A stretch of 64,000 bases of DNA from Ascoidea asiatica JCM 7603 (lineage: Eukaryota > Fungi > Ascomycota), in contig BCKQ01000015.1 of NCBI GenBank assembly GCA_001600695.1, positions 132,527 through 196,526 of the forward strand. The letters run 5' to 3'. The first letter of the stretch is position 1; the number at the start of each line of letters is the position of its first letter. The translations under genes and the position numbers were made by a program. The notes under the pieces were generated by a model. That model saw nothing but the letters and a program-made list of their open reading frames with translations. It was not told the origin of the DNA and made no database searches. This document shows positions 1 through 11,704 of the stretch, one piece after another.

Positions 1-2112
1 CAATTATATTTATCCAATATTAAATATCCTTTTACTTTAAACTATTCAAATAAATTTCAAATGAATAATTTAAAAAATTATTTTAAATTTAATATAAATT
101 CAATTGAAATCAATAAAAATATTCAAAATCATTTATCAGAATTAAATAATCTTAAAATTAAAACAAATTCTTCATTTTCTTCAAATACTTTCCAAAATAA
201 TTTCAAACCATTTCAATTTCCTGAAGAAAAAACTTTAAATTTATTTATTTTTTTTGCATCTCATATTCCAATAGATTCAAAAATTATAAATAATATTCAT
301 TACTTATTTGGTCAATATTATCATAATCCTGATTATAACTTTAATAATAATCATTATTTATTAATGAATAGTTTAATTTTATTAATATCAACAATTGCAA
401 AAGAAATAATCTCATTTGATTTAGATATTAATTCAATTTTTAAAAGATCAAATATAAATTTAGAAAATTTAATTGATTTTAAAAAAAATTATTTAAAAAA
501 TTCAATTTATTATTTGAATTTAATTTTAAAAGATTTTAAATCTTCTGATATAAATACTATTCAAGCTCTTTTTTTCTTATCTATTTTTTTTCAATTCAAT
601 CTAAATTCAATTTTATCATACATCTTAATAAAATTATCAATAAACTTTTCAAAAAATTATTTGAATTTAAATAATAATTTTAACTTCAATTCAATCAATT
701 TTTTGAATTCTTCAAAGGATAAAATTGAAATCAATAAATTAACTTGGAATTATATTAATTCTTTTGATAAATTTTTATCTCTTCTTTTACATTCAACTGA
801 AGATAAAAATAGTGATAGTGGTAATGATAGTAATAATGATAATAATGATAATAATGAGAATTTTAATTTCAATAGAAATAATAATTTTTTAAAAAACTAT
901 TCAATATCTTCAATTTCTACAAATAATTTAAACTCCAATGATTTTAATAAGTTTTATTGTGATTATTTATTAGAAATTCTAAATTTATCATTTAATTTAA
1001 ATAAAAATTTTCAAATTAATAAAAATAATAATATAATTTTAAATGAATTTCAAAAAAATTTAGGAAATTGGAGAAATTTAATTCCAAATCAAATAAAATA
1101 TGAAAATTTTAAAATTCATTCAAATACTTCAAATAATATAAGTAATTTCAGTAATTCTAATAATGTAAATAACATAAGTCAGGATTCTAAAGGGGATATT
1201 AATGATAATGAATGTAATCTAGTTACTAATAATCTAAATTCGTTTGTTTTGGAATATAATAAATTCAAAATCTTGATTATTAACTTGACATATTATATTA
1301 ATTCAACTTTATTAAATGAGTTTAATATATTAGATAATAAAATAAATAAATCAGACAAAGCAAATATTGTTAAATACTATAGTTCAAACATTGAAAATTC
1401 AAGAGAGGTTTTGAAACTATTTAATTCATATTCAAATTATTCAATTTTTCAGAAAATTAATTTGAATAATTTCAAAAAGTTTTTTATAAGTTATTATATA
1501 AAATCATTTAAAATAATTTTCTTAAAATTGATCAAGATAAAGCATGAAATTTACAAAGAGGAGTCCAAAGTAAAAAAAGAAGATGAGATAGAAATAGACA
1601 TAGACATAGATATAGAAATAGAAATAGAAATAGAGACAAATAATCAGGATGATCATATAAAAACAGATGCAGAGGATTTGAAGTTAATATTCTTTAGTTT
1701 CCAGAATTTTATCTTAAATTTATCAGATTGGGAGACTAACTTGTATATTATGAATTTAAGAAATTCGATTTTTAAATTAATATTAATTTGTATAGAAGTT
1801 TTAAAATTCAAAAATATTAAAATTGAAGAAGATATTTTAGAATCAAGTTTGAAAATAGCGAAAACATTAAAGGAATCCGAACTTAGAAGAGCTAATAATA
1901 ATGAAGAATACTCAATTGATAATTTGCTAGGGTCATTTATAGAAAACATAGAAGAATTCATTATGAGTCATAGTAGAAAAGAAGAGAAAGAAAACATTTC
2001 AAATAGAAATGAAAAAAATAAAATGGACTATTTTGGAATAGAGATTGAAGAAGAATTATTAAAATCTTTTGATAAATCTATTATGAGTAATGATTTTTTC
2101 AATTTCGAATGA
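1..2112 (+). CDS. Fungal-specific transcription factor (Zn2Cys6-type middle homology region), 5' end outside window
   Basis: The frame is open from base 1 with no stop before the ATG at 61. SDINTIQALFFLSIF...INKLTWNYINSFDKFLSLLL resembles the Fungal_trans domain. No zinc cluster is visible within the window. Confidence 0.6.
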   Translation, partial: QLYLSNIKYPFTLNYSNKFQMNNLKNYFKFNINSIEINKNIQNHLSELNNLKIKTNSSFSSNTFQNNFKPFQFPEEKTLNLFIFFASHIPIDSKIINNIHYLFGQYYHNPDYNFNNNHYLLMNSLILLISTIAKEIISFDLDINSIFKRSNINLENLIDFKKNYLKNSIYYLNLILKDFKSSDINTIQALFFLSIFFQFNLNSILSYILIKLSINFSKNYLNLNNNFNFNSINFLNSSKDKIEINKLTWNYINSFDKFLSLLLHSTEDKNSDSGNDSNNDNNDNNENFNFNRNNNFLKNYSISSISTNNLNSNDFNKFYCDYLLEILNLSFNLNKNFQINKNNNIILNEFQKNLGNWRNLIPNQIKYENFKIHSNTSNNISNFSNSNNVNNISQDSKGDINDNECNLVTNNLNSFVLEYNKFKILIINLTYYINSTLLNEFNILDNKINKSDKANIVKYYSSNIENSREVLKLFNSYSNYSIFQKINLNNFKKFFISYYIKSFKIIFLKLIKIKHEIYKEESKVKKEDEIEIDIDIDIEIEIEIETNNQDDHIKTDAEDLKLIFFSFQNFILNLSDWETNLYIMNLRNSIFKLILICIEVLKFKNIKIEEDILESSLKIAKTLKESELRRANNNEEYSIDNLLGSFIENIEEFIMSHSRKEEKENISNRNEKNKMDYFGIEIEEELLKSFDKSIMSNDFFNFE

Positions 2113-2539
2113 TTCAATCTCGTAAACATGAATATAGATTATATAATTTATAATATAAAACTAAAATACACACACGATAAAAAAGTCAGTTGAAAGAGTT
2201 TTCAATAACTTTAATCAAATCATCAGAACTCTGAATAAAAACCAAAAGTATCGAATAACTGCGACTTAAAAATCTTCTGAATATTGTAAGACATACAAGA
2301 AATAGTTTAGTTCTTTCATATCTTTATTTTATCCTCATTTTGAAGAATGTAACAGTACTTACCAAGACTATGTTTTGTAGCTTTATGGGCCAAGTGCAGG
2401 TGGGTTTATTTTAGGCTGCAAAAGATCCAATGCAAAGCTAATTCGACCATGGAAAAGGACCATTTTGGTATAAAAAAACAACAAGCTTTCTTCAAGATCA
2501 GAGCTATTTATTAACAACTGATATTTCAATCTCTTCATT

Positions 2540-2602
2540 ATATTCATATTCATATTCATATTCATATTCATATTCATATTCATATTTGCATTCACTTTCA
2601 TA
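2540..2602. repeat. (CATATT)n microsatellite upstream of the 2629 ORF
   Basis: About 7-8 tandem CATATT units. Confidence 0.9.
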
Positions 2603-2628
2603 TTCACAGGTAGATAGATTACAGGGAA

Positions 2629-5600
2629 ATGAATATAAACCAAAGGTTTTACAAAAGGAATCTTTTGATTCTTGGTGATCAGAACATTGGCAAAACTACT
2701 TTTTTATTGAATTTGCAAGACGAAATAAATAATACAAATGGTTTGATCAGTTCCAAAGGGTTTGTTAGTACCAATGTTTCATCTCAATCAGAATTCAAAA
2801 GTAATTTGGATAGGGTTGACAAGCTCAGGAATTCAATTTCATCTGATTTGAATCAAATCAGACTTGACTGTAATAGTTCTTTGGACTCAGTTTCTTCTAT
2901 TAATTCAAATTCTTTCATGAGCTCGGAAAGTTCTCTTAATTCTACAGTTTTCTATAATTCATTTAATTTAATCAACTCAATAGACCCTGATGATGCAAAA
3001 AGTTCGAAAAATAAAGATATGTATATTGAAAAATCGAATTTTGATTTCAATCTAGATAAAAATACATTAGTATCATTTGATTGTACAATATTAAATATCA
3101 ATAACTACTTCAAAAATGGTATTCAAACTTCACCTATTTCCCATAAGAATATTTCAGAAGTTTTTGAGAATGAATTAAATCAAGATTTAGTAATTCCAAA
3201 TTTAGTGTTTTTATGTTTTGCGAATGATTCTCTCACTTCATTTCAAAGCTTTGAAAATTATTATTTAAATTCACCTTTAATTCAACTTTTCATTTCCTTA
3301 AAAATCCCAATAATCTTAATTGGTTTAATTAATGATTTTAAAGATAATGCAGTAGATTATGAGAAATCAAAAAGATATAAATCAAGCCAACATCAACTTC
3401 ACAGTCAAAATCAAAATCAAAATTTTCCCAATACAGAAATTATTAATCGTTTACTTCAACAAAATAAAGATATCATCAAAACTTATTTTCCTATTTCGTA
3501 TATTAGAAATGAAGAAGATTATTTGAATTTTCAAAATGTGCTAAAGTATTCTTCGAAATTAATTCTTGATTCAGAAATTGAGTCCAAAACTAATAAATAT
3601 TTAAGTTTTAAAGACAAATTATTTGGAGGATTAAAATTTTTATCATTCAATATCAATTATTTTATCACTGACTTAAGGGATAAATTTGATGATTACATTA
3701 TGAGCCTTAATAGACTGAAAATGGCTTTTTATTACAATACTTCTTATTCTTTATCAAATGATTTATTCAATTCATATACTGAATTCAATAGAATTTTGAT
3801 TAACTTCTTAAATGAAATTTATATAAATTCTAGTCTCTTAAAAATGATTTTACAAATTCAAAAATTTTTCTCAAATTTTTCTTTCGATTTCGGAAAGAAT
3901 ACTTTTATATCAATTTTGAAAAAATTTTATGATTCAATAATTAATGTAGAAATATATTTGGATGTTTTTGATTCTAATTATAGTATAAATAGTGCAAATA
4001 TGAAAGAAATTGATGCTTTTAAATCATGGCAATCTAATTTACATCAAAAAAGTTTAAAATATCAAAATTTCAATTTTGATGAAAATTTATTTAAATCCTT
4101 ATGTAATGGAAGTAATTTTTTATCTTATTTATCAGATTATAGAGAACTTTTGATGCAAATTTTTAAAAATGAAATAAAAAAGCCAAAAATTAGAGACTTT
4201 CTTTTGAAGGAAGCCAGTAATATAAATGGATTTCGAAAAAATTTAATTAATTATATTAAAAAAAAAAAAACAGAAAAAGTTAAATCTTTAATTGAATTTA
4301 ATAATTTAAATTTATCAAAAGGGGAATTTATAAAAGAAGAGATTGAAGATGAAAAAACTTTTATGAACAATAATTATAACATTGAATTTCAAAAATTTTA
4401 TTCAATAGAAAGTTTTAGAACTGATGGTTCAATTGAGAAAAATAAAAGAAAAAAAATAGTATTATTATTCAATCAATTTTTTTTAATTTGTGAAATTAAT
4501 TCAAACAATAATAAGTTTATATTAACAGAAAATTCTTTCAATATTTCAAATTTAAATAATAAATTAGATATAAATAATTTAATTATTTTTAATAATGATC
4601 ATTATTATACAATAATTGATCTAAAAAATTTTTTAAATCGAATTCCTGAGTTAAGTTATGAAAGTTATAATAATAGAATTCAAAATGGTGAACCATCTCT
4701 TTTGAAAAAAAATATTCAAAAATTATTATTAGTTCAATTTGATAATAAAAATCCAGGTATTTCATTTAGATTAAAGAATTTTAAATTAATAAGTTCAATA
4801 AGTAAATTTAATAAAGAAAATGAAGGTGATATTTTAAGTTTTCCAAAAAAATATTTTATAAAAAATTCAAAAAATTATAATGAATTGAATGAATATAATA
4901 ATGAAAATGCATATTATAAAGAAATTATCTTAGAATTATTTCAATTGATTAATAGTTATAGTTCTCCATATTTAGTTGATTATATTCTTTATGATAAACT
5001 TGGGAATAGTAATTGTAATAGTTTTGATTGGATTGGATTTTGGGAAATTTCCAAAAGAGATTTAAAATTAAATAATTTTAATTTAATGAAGTATGAAATT
5101 GAAATAAATAATGGATTTTTTTTTTTATTTTATAGTCAAGTTCAACTTTATAAAGATATTAAAAAATTTATTAGTCTTGGAGAAAAATGTTTAAATTTTT
5201 GTTTAACAAAGATTAATAGAGAATATTTAAGAGATTTTTTAGTTAAATCCAAATTTTGGTTTCAAAATTTTTCTAGGATTTCAAATAATATTTATTTTAA
5301 AATTTTACTAACATTAGCAGAAAATTTAGTTCAAAATGGACCAATATTTTATGGTTATTATATTGAATGTTATAAAGAATATTTTAAAGAAGCTTCAAAA
5401 TGTTGGCTAGATTTTATTGAAGATTTTGTTGAAGTTAATTTATATTATAGAATTGGACTTGTTTTAAAAGAAAATAATAATAAATCTGAGTTTATAATGA
5501 ATGAATTATTTGAATGGATTGATAATTTACAAGATCAAAATGAGAAATATCTTGTGAAAATGATGTTTCAATCACCATTTCAAAAACTTTTTCCAATATC

Positions 5601-6117
5601 AGCAAAATTTGAAGAATTATATAAACTTCTTGAAAAGAATGAAAAAAAAAACGAATCTATTATTTATTTTTGTAAAGAAACTAAAGCTAAAGCATATCAA
5701 TTTCAAAATGTTTGTGATCATGGATTTGGTATTAAAAGTATTCAAGCAATTAAAAATATTATTCATCCTAATTCAAGTAATCTAATTTCAGGTATTAATT
5801 TTAATAATATTAATCTTTATCTTTCTTCTATAGTTTATGGATTTTATAAGAAAAAAAAACAAAAAATTCCAATTATAATTTTAGTATTATCAGAAGCAAT
5901 AATAATAACAGAAATTAGATGGGATAAATTGATTCCAATAAGAAATTCAATTTCAGTACAGAAATCAGAAATTGAAATAATTTCCTCTTCAAATACAACT
6001 TCCAAAATTAAAATTTATGATGATACAAATTATTCAAATTGTGAATATTATATTGAGTTTTTAGAGCATAAACTCTTGAAACCAATTAATGATATCAAAG
6101 CAAACAAAAAATATTGA
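2629..6117 (+). CDS. Multidomain protein: N-terminal Rho-like (degenerate) GTPase plus putative DH-PH (RhoGEF) regions
   Basis: P-loop LLILGDQNIGKTTFL; Rho-type VFLCFANDSLTSFQSFENYY and IPIILIGLINDFK. C-terminal MMFQSPFQKLFPISAKFEELYKLL resembles DH CR3 and is followed by a PH-like beta region. Confidence 0.55.
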   Translation: MNINQRFYKRNLLILGDQNIGKTTFLLNLQDEINNTNGLISSKGFVSTNVSSQSEFKSNLDRVDKLRNSISSDLNQIRLDCNSSLDSVSSINSNSFMSSESSLNSTVFYNSFNLINSIDPDDAKSSKNKDMYIEKSNFDFNLDKNTLVSFDCTILNINNYFKNGIQTSPISHKNISEVFENELNQDLVIPNLVFLCFANDSLTSFQSFENYYLNSPLIQLFISLKIPIILIGLINDFKDNAVDYEKSKRYKSSQHQLHSQNQNQNFPNTEIINRLLQQNKDIIKTYFPISYIRNEEDYLNFQNVLKYSSKLILDSEIESKTNKYLSFKDKLFGGLKFLSFNINYFITDLRDKFDDYIMSLNRLKMAFYYNTSYSLSNDLFNSYTEFNRILINFLNEIYINSSLLKMILQIQKFFSNFSFDFGKNTFISILKKFYDSIINVEIYLDVFDSNYSINSANMKEIDAFKSWQSNLHQKSLKYQNFNFDENLFKSLCNGSNFLSYLSDYRELLMQIFKNEIKKPKIRDFLLKEASNINGFRKNLINYIKKKKTEKVKSLIEFNNLNLSKGEFIKEEIEDEKTFMNNNYNIEFQKFYSIESFRTDGSIEKNKRKKIVLLFNQFFLICEINSNNNKFILTENSFNISNLNNKLDINNLIIFNNDHYYTIIDLKNFLNRIPELSYESYNNRIQNGEPSLLKKNIQKLLLVQFDNKNPGISFRLKNFKLISSISKFNKENEGDILSFPKKYFIKNSKNYNELNEYNNENAYYKEIILELFQLINSYSSPYLVDYILYDKLGNSNCNSFDWIGFWEISKRDLKLNNFNLMKYEIEINNGFFFLFYSQVQLYKDIKKFISLGEKCLNFCLTKINREYLRDFLVKSKFWFQNFSRISNNIYFKILLTLAENLVQNGPIFYGYYIECYKEYFKEASKCWLDFIEDFVEVNLYYRIGLVLKENNNKSEFIMNELFEWIDNLQDQNEKYLVKMMFQSPFQKLFPISAKFEELYKLLEKNEKKNESIIYFCKETKAKAYQFQNVCDHGFGIKSIQAIKNIIHPNSSNLISGINFNNINLYLSSIVYGFYKKKKQKIPIIILVLSEAIIITEIRWDKLIPIRNSISVQKSEIEIISSSNTTSKIKIYDDTNYSNCEYYIEFLEHKLLKPINDIKANKKY

Positions 6118-6334
6118 TGTTTATCAGAATAAAGTGATGTAGTTTTAGGTTATAAAAGAAAAATCTCAAATGATTACCTTTTCTAAATCAACATTCAGTT
6201 TTATCATTTCTTTGTCTTAATAGAAATAATAAATAATTGCAAAAGTAGATTACTCACAAACCAGGAATTTAAGTCCAAATTCAGTTGTACAAACAAAATT
6301 AAAACGAGAAAAGGAAACAGAAAAAAAAAATATT

Positions 6335-6437
6335 CGTTACAGACAGGATTCGAACCTGCGCAGGATGAACCCAATGCCTGAACTGCTTTACACTGGGAAT
6401 TAGCAGGGCATCGCCTTAACCTCTCGGCCACTGTAAC
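6335..6437 (-). tRNA. tRNA-Ser(GCT) with 21-nt intron
   Basis: GTTACAGTGGCCGAGAGGTTAAGGCGATGCCCT-GCT-A[intron]AGGCATTGGG...GGTTCGAATCCTGTCTGTAACG; long variable arm; oligo-T terminator. Confidence 0.97.
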
Positions 6438-6807
6438 CAAGAATTGGAGTACCCAAGTCTGCAGCTAGCTGTACGCTGTTTTTTTGGTTTCGGAAAAACT
6501 CGAACTTAATTCTAAACTATAAATAAAACTTACATTGGAATACTGCTTTTGACATTTTTGTGCACTATTTAGGATAGACTGAGAAAGCTTTTCGAAATAG
6601 CCAGTAAAAGAACTTCAGAACTGCAGATTACACAAATTTCCAGGTGTGACAAAAATTAATTAGGAGACAGTTCAAAAATATTCAAATAATCATACAAGTA
6701 CCCCAGAGAAAGACAGAATTGGAATCTGGTACTACTATTTGAAGAAATATCTAATAATTTTTTTGTCAAAAAAGCATATTTGAAAAGAAAAACAATATTT
6801 CTGATAA

Positions 6808-8820
6808 TTAGGTGGTACTACCACTTTTTGGATTTGGTTCATCAACTTTCATACTCTCGATATCCTCAAATTTTATAATTGTATAATAAACTTTTCCTAA
6901 TTCATTCATCCCTGAAAATTCAATAAGATGCTTAGAAAGATTTATTCTTTGTAAATAAATTTGGAAATCAATTCCAGGAACAACAAATTTAGTTGAAAGT
7001 AATGCTTCTTGAACTTCATTAAAATTTGTAAGCCAATATACAATATTTTTATTTTCAGGAAAATCAATCTGAAATTGATTTAATTTTTTTAAAAGTTTTA
7101 ATTCATTAAGTTTAAAATCTTTAAATCTTTTAATTTTATTTTCTGTTAAATTTAATGAATTAAGATTAATTAAATTATTGAGATTTTTAACTTCATATAT
7201 TGAATTCCAACTTAAATCTAAAGATTTTAAATTACTTAAATGATTTAAATTAGAAATTTTATTAATTTTATTATGAGATAAATTTAAATATCTTAAATTT
7301 GATAATTTATCATTTTCAATATCTATAACTTCAATTAAATTTCCAGAAATATCTAATTCTTTTAAATTTTTTAATTTTGATAAATGTTTCATAGAAGAAA
7401 TTTTATTCCATGATAAAGATAAAGATATTAAATTATTTAAATTATTGATATTTTCCAAATTTTCAATTAAATTATTTTTTAATTCTAGAATTTTTAGATT
7501 AAATAAATTATTCAAATTTTTCAAATCTTTAATTTTATTATTTGATAATTTTAATACTTTTAAATTATTTAAATTTAAAAAATCAAAAGAAATTTCATTA
7601 ATTGAATTTGATTCTAAATTTAAATGAAAAAGATTTTTTAAATATTTTAAATTTTCAATTTTATCTAATGAATTGTAAGATAAATCAAGTAATTTTAAAT
7701 TTTTGTAACAATTTTTTTTCAAACTAAATTTAAATTGATTAACATCATTATTTTTAAAATATAAAAATTTTAAATTATTAATAGTATTTAATTGTTTAAA
7801 AACCTGAAAATTATTATTGAAAGAATTACTTGAAAGAGAAAGGATTTTGATTTTTTTTAAAAAATTTAAATTTTTTAATTCAAAAAGATTATTACCATCT
7901 AAATATAACTTTTCAATTTTATTATTAAGATTATCAAAAATAGTCAAAAAATTCAAATCTGAAATTTTATTTTGATTAAAATTTAAAAATTTTAAATTAA
8001 TTTTTGAAGAATTTAAAGTATTTTTTTGTATACAAGAAATAGAATTGAAGCTCAAATCTAAAGATTTTAACTTAAATAAATAAATAAAACAATTTTGATT
8101 TAAAAATGAAATTTGATTTTTAGATAAGTTTAAATATTTTAAATTAATTAATTGATTTAATTGAATTGGAATAGTTGATAAGTTTATATCAGATAAAGTT
8201 AAATTTGTTAAATGATATAAATTGAAAATTATATTACGAAATTCTGGATTTAAATTTGTAGAAGAATATATTTTAAGCCTTTTAAGTCTTTTGAATTTTT
8301 GAGAGACTTTAGAAATAAGTTCTAAAGATATTGATTGTGATTGAAATTGAATTAAATTTAAAGATTTTAAATTTTCATTGATAATAGAATTAATTATAAT
8401 ATTTTGATTATTTAATAAATTAGAAAAATAAAGAGAATCTAAATTTATTATATATAAATTTTTAAGATTTAAAAATATATTTTTTGTTTGGATTGTAATT
8501 GTAAAAATTTTATATAAAAATAAATCACCAATTAAAATATTTTGATAATTATTAATCCATTTTATTTTTGATTTAAAAGTTGTAATATTATAAAAATCAT
8601 CTTTTAAAATTAAAATATTTTTAAATTTGAATAATTTTCCATTAATTATATTTTCATAAGTTAAATCAGTAAAATAAATAAAAAAATAAGTAACTGAATT
8701 TAATTTTTGAATTGAAGCATTATAAATATTGATATTATCGGATAACGTAAATAACCAAGATATTCCAAGTGAAAGAGTATTGAATATTTTATTTAATATA
8801 TGAGAAGGATAATTTAACAT
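6808..8820 (-). CDS. F-box-like N-terminus plus SDS22-type leucine-rich repeat protein (paralog 1)
   Basis: First ATG is at 8820 (MLNYPSHILNKIFNTL). About 15 LxxLxLxxNxIxxIxxL repeats. N- and C-terminal blocks align with the 19747-21627 ORF. Confidence 0.85.
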   Translation of the reverse strand: MLNYPSHILNKIFNTLSLGISWLFTLSDNINIYNASIQKLNSVTYFFIYFTDLTYENIINGKLFKFKNILILKDDFYNITTFKSKIKWINNYQNILIGDLFLYKIFTITIQTKNIFLNLKNLYIINLDSLYFSNLLNNQNIIINSIINENLKSLNLIQFQSQSISLELISKVSQKFKRLKRLKIYSSTNLNPEFRNIIFNLYHLTNLTLSDINLSTIPIQLNQLINLKYLNLSKNQISFLNQNCFIYLFKLKSLDLSFNSISCIQKNTLNSSKINLKFLNFNQNKISDLNFLTIFDNLNNKIEKLYLDGNNLFELKNLNFLKKIKILSLSSNSFNNNFQVFKQLNTINNLKFLYFKNNDVNQFKFSLKKNCYKNLKLLDLSYNSLDKIENLKYLKNLFHLNLESNSINEISFDFLNLNNLKVLKLSNNKIKDLKNLNNLFNLKILELKNNLIENLENINNLNNLISLSLSWNKISSMKHLSKLKNLKELDISGNLIEVIDIENDKLSNLRYLNLSHNKINKISNLNHLSNLKSLDLSWNSIYEVKNLNNLINLNSLNLTENKIKRFKDFKLNELKLLKKLNQFQIDFPENKNIVYWLTNFNEVQEALLSTKFVVPGIDFQIYLQRINLSKHLIEFSGMNELGKVYYTIIKFEDIESMKVDEPNPKSGSTT

Positions 8821-9295
8821 TTTTTTGAATTTCAAAAAAAAGAAATAAAATAACACAATCTGAGGCTTCAACTCATAATACTTTGAGAAGGTTTATTGAA
8901 ACAGATATTAAAGTTATAAGATTATTGTAGCATCAAAGTATTATATTTTAAATAAGTCAAAGTTTTTACATTGATTTTCTTCAATATTTAAAAAGAAAAA
9001 CAGAACACACATATTCAAGTCTCATAAAGTGTTGGTGAATCCCCCTCTGGGTTGAAAACTGCTCAGAGACATGAAGAAGAAATAAACGATCATAAATCTA
9101 GATATGAAAATTGTTTCTGAAAGTAACAAACCCAAGTAGCACTTCAGCACAAGGTACCAGACTCTTATTCAACACTACTTTCTTGCAGTGTTTATAATCT
9201 CAACCCCCTTATCGAATACTGCATTCCTTATAAGCATCATAATCACCCCTTACATTCATTTGCAATCATCTCATGAAACTAAAGTGTTATTGTTA

Positions 9296-9338
9296 TCACC
9301 ATCATCATCATCATCATTATTATTATTATTATTATTAT
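9296..9338. repeat. Compound (CAT)n(TAT)n microsatellite
   Basis: Directly visible in the sequence. Confidence 0.9.
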
Positions 9339-9759
9339 CTTTGTGTAAATATATATTTATTTCCCTTTGCTTTGATTCCATTGTTTTGTTGCCACTGGAA
9401 TTTATTTTTTTATAGTTTTATCAGTTTTTATGAGTACGTAAGCAATTACGTAATGATTATGTAAGATATTAGGTAATATTGATTATGTAAGCAATTATGT
9501 AAAACGGTTTTGTGTTTGTGGATCTGTTTCCTGATAGTGGACATAAAATCCGTTTGTTCACGTGACTACCCGATAAAAATGTAAGAGAAAAAAATATTTC
9601 TTTGTTTTATTGTCAAATATTTTAATTTTAAAGGTACTTTTTTTTAGTTTGTAAGTAGACCCTGGAATTGAAATATTTTTATATTCATATATTTATAGGT
9701 TCACCAGGGATATTCAATTGGATTCAAGCAAGAAATCAAACAAACAGGTATTTCAAGAG

Positions 9760-10893
9760 ATGGGTAAAGGTAAGAAAAGCAAGAAGCTTACTTTTTTTAA
9801 TAGTCGCTCTAAGTCTATCACAAATAATGATACTAAAGTTCATATACCAAGAACTGTTAAACCAGAAAATGGAAGAAAATTAATAAGAAGATTTCATTTA
9901 TTAATTAAAATTAAATCAAAAATATTAAGTAGAATTTCTCATAATGATCTGAAATTTAAAGAATTAAGTTCAATTGATTTAATAAAAACTGAATATAATA
10001 ATAAAAATATTATATTAAAACTAATAACTAAAAATGATCATTATTATGAAATTTTTATAAAATCAAAAAACAAATTTAAAAAAATTTCTGAAATTAAAAA
10101 TAAAATTAAAGATGAAAATTTGAGTGAAATTGATAAAATTGTAAATTATGATGAATTATATAGAATCTTAGGAGAAATTGACGCTGAAATTTATCTTTCT
10201 GGTGGTTTAAATACTTATCAAATTGCTTCAATTCATGGTCAAGATAATAATAGAGGTGGTGATTCTTCAAAAAAATTAGTAACTTGGTTAAATGAATTAG
10301 ATATAACTACAAATAACATCAATGAAAAAAATTCCCTAAATTTATCAATGTTAGAAATTGGTTCTTTAAATTTTGATAATAATATCTCAAAATCAAAATT
10401 ATTTAATAATATTACAAGAATTGATTTAAATCCAACTGATTCAAGAATAATTAAAAAAGATTTTATGAATTTTGAAATAAATTCAAATAATAAATTCGAT
10501 TTAATAAGTTGTTCTTTAGTATTAAATTTTATCTCCGATTCTAATATTAGAGGTCAAATGTTAAAAAGAATTTGTTCTTTCCTAAAAATCAATGAACAAA
10601 ATTCAAATTTAAATTCAAATTCAAATTCATTTCCATTTTTATTTTTAGTATTACCTTTACCTTGTATTAATAATTCAAGATATATGAATAAAGATATTTT
10701 AATAAATTCAATAATGAAACCATTAAATTTTACTTTATCTAAATCTTATGAATCAACTAAATTATCATATACTCTTTGGACTTGGAATGGTTTTACCAAA
10801 GATACTGAACAAAATTTTGAAAAAGTTAAATATTCTAAAAAAGAAGTTCGATCTGGTTCAAAAAGGAATAACTTCTTAATTATCTTCACTTAA
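9760..10893 (+). CDS. BMT2: 25S rRNA (adenine-N1) methyltransferase Bmt2
   Basis: GGLNTYQIASIHGQ...RGGDSSKKLVTW, LEIGSL, RIDLN, FDLISCSLVLNF, LVLPLPCINNSRY, RNNF. First ATG is at 9760. Confidence 0.9.
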   Translation: MGKGKKSKKLTFFNSRSKSITNNDTKVHIPRTVKPENGRKLIRRFHLLIKIKSKILSRISHNDLKFKELSSIDLIKTEYNNKNIILKLITKNDHYYEIFIKSKNKFKKISEIKNKIKDENLSEIDKIVNYDELYRILGEIDAEIYLSGGLNTYQIASIHGQDNNRGGDSSKKLVTWLNELDITTNNINEKNSLNLSMLEIGSLNFDNNISKSKLFNNITRIDLNPTDSRIIKKDFMNFEINSNNKFDLISCSLVLNFISDSNIRGQMLKRICSFLKINEQNSNLNSNSNSFPFLFLVLPLPCINNSRYMNKDILINSIMKPLNFTLSKSYESTKLSYTLWTWNGFTKDTEQNFEKVKYSKKEVRSGSKRNNFLIIFT

Positions 10894-11704
10894 TCAATTA
10901 TATTATAATTTATATACACAAAAAAACAATTGAAAAATTAAAAAATCTAGCATTATTTTTCTCATAAAAAAATAAATATAAATAAATTATAAAAGAAATG
11001 AAAAATCGAAATTTATTGAGCTAATGTCTTATAATATGAATACCAATTAAACTATTCAGGCAAATAATTGCAAATTGTGATTATGAAATGTATAAAAAAT
11101 TTTGATTGTCTGTATTAAAAAATATCTGAAAGTATTATACAAAACAAGAAATATAACTCATTTTATATATTTTTCTTAAAAGTTATATAATCTAATATTT
11201 CTTATTTGATTAACCTTTTTATGACAGTTCTGATAAGGTTAAACTCTTATTTAAAAAAAGCTCAAATTTGAAAATGAAATCCATGAAGAACATGGCTTTA
11301 ATAGTTTAGATTCATTTTCTTTTCTCTTTTTTTGTTTGATTTTTGATTTCTAGTTTGGAGAAGTATTTTTGTTGATTTAATGATCTTTGAGAATCTCAAC
11401 GTTTTAACTAATAGAATCAATTCTATTTCAACAGTCAAAATTAACAATATTATGAAAAGTTATCTTTAAATAATTAACTTTAATATAGTTAAAAGTTTAT
11501 GTAATAATTTACAACAGAAGAACGAAAATTTTTCAAGATTATTGAATACCTGAATCTAATAATTTTAATTTAAAAAAAAAAAAATAATATATAAAATAAG
11601 TAACTAAAAATATTAAAAAAATAAGATAAACAAATAAATAATTTATTCTCTATAATGTACAGTAAACATTGTTATGAAAAAAAAAAAATGTTGAACATGT
11701 TTAA

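Noticed and set aside
6204-6440. Short ORFs overlapping tRNAs (also 29018-29254 and 30722-30988)
   Set aside because: They are incidental translations of tRNA genes and their flanks.
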